In this document: positions 10,581-19,336 of the stretch, piece by piece
Layout: every line of letters begins with the position of its first letter
How positions within the stretch are numbered: position 1 is the first letter of the stretch
NCBI GenBank assembly: GCA_963765895.1
Contig: CAVXZB010000053.1
Location: 1 to 21,738, forward strand
Direction: 5' to 3'
DNA: 21,738 nt
Source of the DNA: an uncultured Nitrososphaeraceae archaeon
Lineage (GTDB): Archaea > Thermoproteota > Nitrososphaeria > Nitrososphaerales > Nitrososphaeraceae
Notes under the pieces: model-generated
Databases searched by the model: none
Told to the model about the DNA's origin: nothing
The model's input: the letters and a program-made list of their open reading frames with translations, nothing else
Translations under genes and position numbers: made by a program

Positions 10581-10932
10581 GAATTGTATTGTATTCGACA
10601 TTTCTTCATTCTCATATCTAAAAAGAATCATATGATTCAGGTATGGAATTAGAATTGTCTTATAATATCATTTACATCTAGAGAAAACAAGTAGTATGTG
10701 TAATAACCAGTCTCATAGAATAGTATACATGAATAAAATAATGATGTTGACAATAGACCTAGCCTTACTATACCTACGTCCAATTATATTCATGTCGTCT
10801 TTGTAACCAATTATAATAGGACGGATATTATTATATATTATAGAACGTCTTTGCTAAGATTGTGCAATTGTGCAATCAAAGTAAAGGCCACTCTACCTCT
10901 CTCGTATCAGAGCAATAACACCTGTTCTTCTA

Positions 10933-11276
10933 GCACCGATTGCTACATTGGGAATTAACTTAGACTGAGTCTTGGTCTAGTAACAAGAATGGAAATTTTG
11001 AAATCATGTGTAGATTATCTTCGGATCATGGAGAATGCCTTGGAGATAAAATTAATGAGTAATTCTGCATCGAGTCAATAAATGGAGGTAAATTCGTCCA
11101 GGGATAGAGTATATATTGCATGGTATGAACATAATTCCACAAGTAACGAACCTGTGTTTAGGATTAGCACAGATGATGAAAAGACCTTTGGTCCGACTCT
11201 AAAGCTCTTCTTTAACAGTCCTATTAATAACAGTGATACCCAAAAAACTGCCATCATTTTTATTTGGAATTTGTAA
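10933..11276 (+). pseudogene. Degraded BNR/Asp-box (sialidase-like) repeat protein
   Basis: APIATLG ... SSNKNGNFEIMCRLSSDHGECLGDKIN ... RVYIAWYEHNSTSNEPVFRISTDDEKTFGP contains two degenerate S/T-x-D-x-G-x-T-F boxes. Frameshifts and a stop in the 5' part. Confidence 0.65.
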
Positions 11277-11361
11277 ACTTTTAGCGGTATCCTTTAATAT
11301 TGTAGTTAGCGGCCTATAAATTAAACGTATTTAATATTAGATCTGATTCCTTGTAACACGA

Positions 11362-11503
11362 TAGCCACATAGCATAAAATACCAAATTTTTATATCTTGT
11401 TGGCCTGTAGCCTATTTCTTAATAATTAATGCCATTTTCATTTTCTAACCGTACCTGGTGCGTGGTTTGGGCATTTAGCTACATAGCATAACCAGATTTT
11501 ATA
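11362..11503 (+). repeat. Imperfect ~30-bp direct repeat pair upstream of the response regulator
   Basis: TAGCCACATAGCATAAAATACCAAATTTTTATA (11362-11394) vs TAGCTACATAGCATAACCAGATTTTATA (11476-11503). Confidence 0.6.
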
Positions 11504-11764
11504 AAACAACAAAATGCTTTTGGATCTCGATAGATCGGCCAAATGCACGATTAATTACGATATTTTCTTCCTTCGCTTCAGGATCCTAATTCTTTAGATT
11601 TAGAATTTGAAGTAACCTAACTTATCAAGGGAACGTAGGTGAATCTCCAAAATAAGATCTTATTACGTCTATATTTTTTCTACTATACGACATTATGCAG
11701 TCTGAAAGCCGCTAACTTATGTAATAGTATTGCTATTATTTACGCTATAATCAATAGTGAGAAT

Positions 11765-12652
11765 ATGCAGAACACGGTCACTGTCATCACCAATATCTAT
11801 AAGGTCCTCTCTAATCCCGTTGTTTATACTCTGCTTAATACTCTTGTTCGACGCGATGATGAGACTGAGCAATATAACAGTCAAGCTATAAGAACCAAAC
11901 TAAATCTTACTCGTAAGCAATATTATAAGACATTATCAAAATTACTGGATACAGGTTTAGTAAAGAGAACTAGGAACAGCAAGACGAACAAAAAATATTC
12001 CCTAACTTCATTGGGCAAGGTATTCTATTATCTGCAAATAATAGGCGAAAATGCTGCTAATAATCACTTGAAACTTAAGGCAATAGATTCACTATATGAT
12101 GAATATCCAAAGGAAGATCGAGAAAGGTTTATCGATGTCATTATAGGTAAGAACCAGATAATTAGGGAAATTCTTTCAACTGAAGATAATTATCATGTCT
12201 CAAATAAGACTATGGCGATTCAAGAAGATTCTCAAAGTATTAATAGGAATGACCAACATGGACAAAAACCCAAGATCCTGATTGTAGAAGATGAAATCGA
12301 TATACTTTTCACCTACAAGTCCTTCCTAATTAATGAAGGGTATTTTGTAGATGGATTTACCAATCCGTATGAAGCACTAAAGGCTTTTCTTGAAAATAAC
12401 GTAGGGAATTCCCTTTATTATGATCTTGTAGTATTGGATATTCGGATGCCAGAATTTAATGGTTTACAGATATATCAAACCTTTAAGGCGATAGACGACA
12501 ATGTCAAGGTGCTGTTTGTGTCTGCACTTGATGCAGCTGAAGAGCTAGTAAAAATATTTCCAGATATGACCTCTGATAACATTATAAGAAAACCAATTAC
12601 CCAACTGCAGTTTCTTAATGCAGTAAGGAATTTGATAACATCATCCGTCTAG
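11765..12652 (+). CDS. Response regulator with N-terminal winged-HTH and C-terminal REC domain
   Basis: wHTH: LNLTRKQYYKTLSKLLDTGLVKR...YSLTSLGK. REC: KILIVEDE, DLVVLDIRMP (phospho-Asp), VSA, IRKP. ATG 11765 preferred over GTG 11639 because the extension does not look protein-like. Confidence 0.88.
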   Translation: MQNTVTVITNIYKVLSNPVVYTLLNTLVRRDDETEQYNSQAIRTKLNLTRKQYYKTLSKLLDTGLVKRTRNSKTNKKYSLTSLGKVFYYLQIIGENAANNHLKLKAIDSLYDEYPKEDRERFIDVIIGKNQIIREILSTEDNYHVSNKTMAIQEDSQSINRNDQHGQKPKILIVEDEIDILFTYKSFLINEGYFVDGFTNPYEALKAFLENNVGNSLYYDLVVLDIRMPEFNGLQIYQTFKAIDDNVKVLFVSALDAAEELVKIFPDMTSDNIIRKPITQLQFLNAVRNLITSSV

Positions 12653-13062
12653 ATTTCGCTACGTTAATGTCGCCCTCATGAAAAATTATTAGGATATTCG
12701 ATTCTGCGTATTATCTCCTAGATGAACAATATATTTTCGGAATTTATTCCTAAATGCTATTTGTTTAGATTTATCCATCTTTCTACGTGCTATAAAGAAA
12801 CTCACAGTTAGTATAGTGGGTTTATATCCATATCTCCCTTTAATATGACAAATTGAAAGAGCAAAAACAATCCACTATCTGAACAATTCGTATTGTCGGA
12901 CTATATGCTACTATAGATACACAGACTATATGCCTGGCAAACTTGACACAAAAGGGACAATGAACAAAGATCTGCCCCAGTCTTTATTTCCTTATAATGA
13001 ATCTATTTTCTAACAACGTTGCGTCTTGACCAGCTCTCAAATAGGCAGGTGTGTCATCCTAA

Positions 13063-13451
13063 TACTGGATGTGGGTGACTTACAAGTAAACCTGTAACCA
13101 GAATTAATACAGATAAGTGTGGTAAACAAGTATAGCTATCCCGTTCTAGGAGGTCCCAATTCATTATGCGAAATAACAAGAGATTTAGATATGCAAGATC
13201 TGATTAGAAGATACGGAATACAAAATATTTCAATAGGTTATGATATTTGTATACAAACACATATAGATTCCTGAATATTGAACATCATATTTATTCCTCA
13301 ATCAAAAAAAGCTTCCTAGGAAAGACAAAGGAGTACAGAAGAAATAGGATCGAGTGTTTCAATTATTTCCCTTGTATGAAAGATAGCGATGCAAAAAGTA
13401 CGTCTTGAATTGGTTGAGTTTATTTGTAGATTGAACAATAGCGAAATTATG
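13063..13451 (+). mobile_element. Degraded IS6-family-like DDE transposase remnant
   Basis: Fragments YWMWVTYK, DLIRRYGIQNISIG, YRFLNIEHHIYSSIKKSFLGKTKEYRRNRIECFNYFPCMK and KYVLNWLSLFVD resemble the C-terminus I recall for archaeal IS6-type transposases (RFL...HH.HS..EKS.IER..QY.KDR.E.FDDYFPC...WL.LF). Confidence 0.6.
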
Positions 13452-13618
13452 GGAATCTTGTGGAGGAGCCCTAATTCAATTTGAAGCCTTTTTGGAACAA
13501 ATCCATTCGTAAGCGATGGTCCCATTAATCACGTAGGGGGGGTAAAAATAAGAAATGAACACATTATATCATCAACCTAGTGAACTTGTATGTAGATTAA
13601 TATTAATTTGTAATAATT

Positions 13619-15139
13619 CTATTTATTGGATTCTATTGGCAAACTAAATCTAAATGTCGCACCTTTGCCTTTCTTATTGTTTTCAGCCCATATCGTTCCA
13701 CCATGGGCATCGATGATACTCTTCGAAATATATAACCCAAGACCGGTTCCCTTGTTTGCTTTTGTCATAAATTTTGTGAACAATAGTGGTTCGATATCTG
13801 AACTAATTCCAATTCCATTATCTACAATACTAACCACAATTTCATTCTCGTTTGCTTTCTTATCTAGATTTATATATATATTATTCCTTTTTCAGTAAGC
13901 TTGATAGCATTATCAAGCAAATTTGAAATTACTTGTATTAATCTTCCTTTGCCGGCTCTCACAAGTCCAATTTTATCATTAATTCCAGATGGATTGTATA
14001 TTATTTTAACAATTGATCTTTTATATTCTGATTGACTTTCGATGTCCTGTATAGCATCAGATATGACATCTTCGATATTAAGAAGTTCCTGATGAAGGAT
14101 AAGAGGCCGATTTTCAATTCTCGTAATATCTAAAATATTCTCAGTGAGGGTCTTTAGTCTTTTCGCATTTCTTATAATAACAGTTAGAAGTTCCTGTTGT
14201 TTTTCAATATCAACTTTATCTCTAGCTTTGAGAATCTCAGCCAATCCTAGGATTGGTTGGATAGGTGCTCTAAATTCATGAGCCGCGATATTGATAAATT
14301 CAGTCTGCATCTTCTCCCTAAATCTCAATTGCTCACATAGATTAGCTACATGTTCATTTAATTCCAGCTCCTTCCAAAGGCTCTCAAATATTGTAATATA
14401 TGACAAGACCGTTGACTTATGATTTGAATAAATTCCTAACCCTGCTGCTTCGTAAATACTATCGATGGTATCGTCTTTTAGCTCTACCACCAAAGAATAC
14501 TTTCGGTCAACCATCAACAATGTAATTTTTGATTGCATAAACTCTACTATATGTTTAACATAAACCCCTAGTCGTCTTTTTATCTATTGAAATCTTTCTA
14601 ATGTCCTCATTTGTAGGCGTTATTATTCTAATACTCAAATCCTTCCTGGCTTTCTTTACTTCTTCTAACAGCTGAATTCCTCCAATACGCACCTGTCTTA
14701 GAAAGGCATTACCTGTGGAGAATATTATCGTGATGTCTTCTTTGGCGGATCTTAGAAGATCAAAACCAAGCTGTTGTATCTCAAGAGCATCTGAAATAAC
14801 TACAATGTCCCGTGTAGATTTTTCGTGTACTGTATCAGAAATGTTCTTCAATTGCTCTGCCTCTATCTCCTTAAGTTCATCTTCTTTAGGGATTGCCCTG
14901 TCCCAGAAAGGATCTGAAATATATTGATGCTGCCCAGAATAACGCTTAAAATCGTCGCCGTATACACTCAAAAATCTTTTGAACATAATCGCACAATCTT
15001 TGGAGTCAAATCTATAACTAGCCCAATCTATTGAAACTTCTACAAATTTGGATTTTTCTTCGCCACTAGTTAAGACTTTTCCGCATAATGGGCATATATT
15101 ATGTCCTGGTTGCTGTGTCTCGTTGCTTATCACAAACAA
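13619..15139 (-). pseudogene. Cytoplasmic histidine kinase (TRASH/YHS-like Cys domain + TrmB/PLD-like domain + HisKA + HATPase) split by two frameshifts
   Basis: Three ORFs join into one kinase: CPLCG...YRFDSKDC; LLRSAKEDITIIFST...IRIITP; AAHEFRAPIQPI; NLLDNAIK; DNGIG; GTGLGL. Breaks near 14580 and in (TA)5 at 13871-13880. Total span is 1521 nt (3n). Confidence 0.85.
13871..13880. repeat. (TA)5 microsatellite at the kinase frameshift
   Basis: Removing one TA restores GGA ATA ATA TAT ATA AAT CTA GAT (GIIYINLDKKANENEIVVS). Confidence 0.8.
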
Positions 15140-16243
15140 ATGTATTTACTAACCAGAGGAAGTTATACCTTACTATTCTATTCAAATTCGGTTTCGAATT
15201 ATTTATCAAATTAATCAAGAAAAATACACATCGAATAAATTATTGGCTTTTTCATTAATCGTCAAATGTTGTTTAGTAATTACAATTTGATTCCTAAGAT
15301 ATTTACATATTCAGCCATAGTCCAAATCCCTTGTGTATTCATAAATTAAGAATGAGTCATTATCATTTTTTGAGTTGTTGTAATAAGTTTAAGAACCTGC
15401 ATTGAATCAAATCCATGGTCTTTATTGTTCTAGTATGGAATAATATTTGCCGCAGTTTGATTAACCTTAAAGAGTATTTATTATTAGGTTCAAGTCCTGA
15501 TATAATATTATTGTGAGTTGTATTTTGTTATCAGTTTCAGTTTATCATTTCCTATAATTTCAAATACCTTTGTTTACATCTCAAGCGTTTCAGTTTCTAA
15601 TGGAAATGATCCAAATGGATATATAGATAGTTACACCTAATGTACTAAAAAGGGCTCATTTAGAACAGGATGTGCCTAGATTTTGTGTGGAAGTTCTATT
15701 ACCTATTTTCTAGGTCTCAGTTCTATAATGATATTTGAGTAAGTAACACTGTACAATCAATATAGACTGCGATCGGCTCAACCAATAAATTGGGCGCGAA
15801 GAAAGCACCAGATTACGGTTGAGTTTCGGATCAGATGAATTATTTATTTGTTGTTAAATAGTTGAATCAGATACCGTCTTTATGAATTTCTATTCTAACG
15901 ATTAGCGTAAATCACAAGACTGTGTAAACCGTTCTGAATGTTCCTTTAGGATTAATATTACATATCCAAGCCTAATTTTATTATAACTTTATTAAATTAC
16001 TTCTGGACCTAAAGGTAATTAATTTCAAATTAATATTGTACACCACAATATGCGCTGGATTATTGATTAATCCGTGTTGATTTCACACTTTCCATTACTG
16101 ACTAACGAGGATTGTTTTCTGGTGTGACATTGTATCCTAATGCTACTATTTGATCTCTCGTAATATAACCAAGGAGGTGAAATGTAAATTTGGATATTTT
16201 CTCAAGCCTGCAGTAAAATGTTTTTTTATATCAGTCATGCTTG

Positions 16244-16319
16244 TTATTTGAGCTGAGGCCAGCTCTGGATAATAGGTGCCAATTTATGTAGAAAAACGAT
16301 TTCAAGACTATGATGAATC
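16244..16319 (+). repeat. Dispersed degenerate ~80-bp repeat, copy B
   Basis: Collinear similarity to 3767..3848. Confidence 0.6.
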
Positions 16320-16990
16320 CCTACACTAATTCATCTCTCTGTCTGTTCTTTTGCGAATTTCTCGCTTTTCATTTTCAATTAATTGTTTGAATTTCATGAT
16401 TATTAATTTTACTATCATCAATATGTGGAGCCAATAAGGTACATCAGTCTCATCTGCTGGCACGAGAAAATTATGTTTAATCACTAAAAAATTCGATTTA
16501 CATGGCTGGATGTTCTTATATTTTATACGTATTAAATATTAATCGTTATTCACATAGATAATTTATATATACTATTATTAATTATATCACTGTCATCTAT
16601 ATCAGTAATTTCGATAAGGGAGATACATTTTGTGATTGCCTACATCGTTTTTGTGGTATCGTTGTTCCTATACCCAGCTGCTTATGTGGAGATATGATCA
16701 AATATCAATGCTGATTCTAGGATATTGAATGCAAATGCGTCTATGGCGACAAAAGATGTCATCCACAAGCTCCCTCTTTATCTTTACGCGTGATGTCGAA
16801 AATCTATGAACCGCTAATTGCAACAATAAGCATTGCTCATTATATATAGAGTTATGACAAAATTACCTATACCGCCACAATCCTATTTCATCCAGAACGG
16901 GTTGTGTCAGTAGATGTGTCTAAAATTTCATATACCATGATGGAGCCTTAAATATTCCATCTTGTGGTATTCGATCCTAATTCAAGTAAT

Positions 16991-17010
16991 AATATAGAAT
17001 ATAGAATATA
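16991..17010 (+). repeat. Short tandem repeat (AATATAG)x~3
   Basis: AATATAG AATATAG AATATA read directly. Confidence 0.6.
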
Positions 17011-17089
17011 CTCAAATTAATGGAACAGTTGTAGATCAAGAAAAGTCTGATACAAAATAAGTTTAATTTGTACCCGGAACTCAAAGGGA

Positions 17090-17141
17090 ATCCATGACCT
17101 TTCATGGATGATACCTTAAGTTAGAAAATCACAAACTTAAG
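17090..17141. other. Two adjacent perfect inverted repeats (hairpins)
   Basis: ATCCATGA-cctt-TCATGGAT (17090-17109) and CTTAAGTT-N11-AACTTAAG (17115-17141). Confidence 0.55.
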
Positions 17142-17358
17142 TAAAAGTAAATGTGTCCACAGATGATCCTGTTTTATATAGTCTAAGCCGGACGTAACCA
17201 CATTGAGGTTCGAGCATCTCATAAAGCAGTGCGAATTCACATCATCACTATCAAGGCAACAGTAACCATGATTGCGGTAAAAGCCATCATAAAGATCAAC
17301 TGAAGACGGATTCTATACCTCAGAGCATTCTGTTTGTCCAATACTAATCGGTCTTATT

Positions 17359-17598
17359 TTATACATGGTGTATGCGAGTTTCGTTCAGTTTCTGCTGATT
17401 TCTGGCAATTTTAAAATCTTCCGAAGTATTACCCTCATGCAACTCGTTCTCAGCTTCTTTTTTCAGGTGTTGTTCTCTATCTTGATCAGTAGTGAAGATC
17501 GATCCGCAAACAGAACATTGGAAGTCTGCTGATAATTTGGGCAAGTTTTCGCTTTCTGCATATTCTTCGTTGTCAGTATTTTCCACACTATTTGACAT
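17359..17598 (-). CDS. Small acidic protein with C2H2-like zinc finger
   Basis: FQCSVCGSIFTTDQDREQHLKKE fits F-x-C-x2-C-x3-F-x8-H; the second His position is Glu. TATA-like AAATATATAT upstream. Confidence 0.75.
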   Translation of the reverse strand: MSNSVENTDNEEYAESENLPKLSADFQCSVCGSIFTTDQDREQHLKKEAENELHEGNTSEDFKIARNQQKLNETRIHHV

Positions 17599-18179
17599 TG
17601 GCGAGCACTTTGTATTCGAATTGTCGATATATATTTGCTTATTAAGATTACTAGTATTCTCGACTTTGGAAAGTAAACTGCCGAAGCTTGAGAATTAAGA
17701 ATAATATGTCAGTATGTGGACGCAACCAGACTGTTTCTAATCCGATCAGTCTTATATTCATATTTTTTGATTGATAAATACTTGATACTACAGCAATTTA
17801 CTGGAAGATTGCACTGCAATATGATCTGGATATGAGAAATCAATCAAAAAGGTGAGTTCATCTAGTAGGATATTTACTATTACCTTGGACAGAATTTAGA
17901 ATTGACTATACCGGTTATGCAGTATTGTTTGAAAACAATGGTTTAGATCGTACATAGTCATATATGGCCTTGAATTGCTATCTGCAGGTCAAGCATAGAA
18001 TCGATTTTAACAAAAATTAAACCATGGGTGTCAGATAAGAATCAGGCTCGGGCTCTAAGAGTATTTATTATTTTTGCCTTATATTTGTTATCTAAAATTC
18101 CTGAGAAGTTTTGTATACTGACGAATCGAGGAAGACCAATTTTTATGTATATGAATGAAATAGAGCTACCGAAGTAGAT

Positions 18180-18217
18180 AAAAAAATTTGGTCTCGTTTT
18201 CAGGATTAGCGACCAAA
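18180..18217 (-). terminator. Probable terminator of 18234..18473
   Basis: TTTGGTC...GACCAAA stem followed on the minus strand by a T7 run, 17 nt after the stop. Confidence 0.45.
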
Positions 18218-18233
18218 CTACGGTCGAGGTATG

Positions 18234-18473
18234 CTATTTACCACCAAATATCTTTCCTATTACTGGAATCTTGGCTAGTGGATTTGATGACTGATTACCA
18301 GTCTTGTTGGTAGCAGCTCCAGATACGTTTCCTAATTTTTGACCCATTTGACCACTAGTATTTTGGGCGTGCAAAGGTTGTAAAACCTGACTTATCGCCA
18401 AAGTTCCTATCAATGCCGCTATTATTGCAATCATAGAGATTGTTATATATTTTCTGTTTGAATCTTTGCTCAT
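18234..18473 (-). CDS. Small secreted protein (signal peptide, G/N/Q/T-rich linker, amphipathic cationic C-terminus)
   Basis: Basic n-region, hydrophobic h-region, likely cleavage at LHA|Q; tail NPLAKIPVIGKIFGGK. TATA-like CTTAAATA about 28 nt upstream and a terminator downstream. Confidence 0.8.
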   Translation of the reverse strand: MSKDSNRKYITISMIAIIAALIGTLAISQVLQPLHAQNTSGQMGQKLGNVSGAATNKTGNQSSNPLAKIPVIGKIFGGK

Positions 18474-19120
18474 TATAATAGAAACATTTTAGTTATATTT
18501 AAGTTTTAATCCAGAGCTAATGATTTACATGATCAAACATTAATTGAACACTACTTTTATATGCGTCCTGATCTTTAATGAACTTCATTTACTATTGAAT
18601 AAATCCTAAACAATTTCTATTCTCATAGAATTTCTAATTAGCAGTAACATTATACTCATATTGTAATCTCGACATTACATTTCAACTTAAACTAACAGCT
18701 ATCGCATAGGAGTATATGATACAAATTAAATTTTTGTTGAAGCAACTCACAATAAAATCATTAATCTTCGTTTATTAAATACGGTTTGTATTCAAATTCT
18801 ACTATTCACTTGTGTATAAGGGCTCTGTTTCGTATTCAGTTTATTAAGACGGTGTTGTCCTAGTTTATATTCTTCATGTTTATCCTATACTATTAGCCCC
18901 ATCACGATTTACGCATTTTAATAAATAATCTGGAGATCGAAGCAATTCATATAATTTATGCTGCACAACTTATAGGGACAACTTAATAGGCATGTCAAGT
19001 TAGGCATAATATAATTGCGCTAGAATTATATTATGGGATTATTTGGTATTATTAATTTATGATAATTAGAAGTCAACTATCTCAATCATATAATATCAAG
19101 TTAGGTTGAGTAATAGATTG

Positions 19121-19336
19121 CTATATTGCCTGTATTTTTTTGGTTATACCAATTATCGAATTTTGTGGATGTTTACATGTACAGATTCTTTTATGCGCTT
19201 TCGAATTATGAAATGAGAACTTATGATGACATCCAAGATAATTGCAAATTGGTTCCTTTTCTGATCCAAACACATCGACTATTTTTTTATCCTCAAGGAT
19301 TTTTGTTAATAACGATGATCTTTTTTCTTTGACCAT
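19121..19336 (-). CDS. Small Cys/His-rich putative metal-binding protein
   Basis: CNYLGCHHKFSFH...CTCKHP motif. ATG 19336 (MVKEK) preferred; the ORF track uses TTG 19357. Confidence 0.65.
   Translation of the reverse strand: MVKEKRSSLLTKILEDKKIVDVFGSEKEPICNYLGCHHKFSFHNSKAHKRICTCKHPQNSIIGITKKIQAI

Noticed and set aside
13316-13525. 69-aa minus-strand ORF
   Set aside because: Antisense to the IS6-like remnant; no recognisable features.
13536-13542. G7 run in AT-rich DNA
   Set aside because: Intergenic between convergent genes; no evidence of function.
7165-13898. Similar plus-strand ORFs 7322..7504 and 13626..13898 (also 7165..7383), suggesting a repeated gene or gene conversion
   Set aside because: Antisense shadows of the conserved HATPase G-boxes of the two kinases. 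Many synonymous differences argue against recent conversion.
18821-19005. GGCTCTGTT (18821) and GGCATGTCAAGTTAGG (18989), resembling IS6-family terminal repeats
   Set aside because: Same orientation, short, with no partner inverted repeat or transposase between them.
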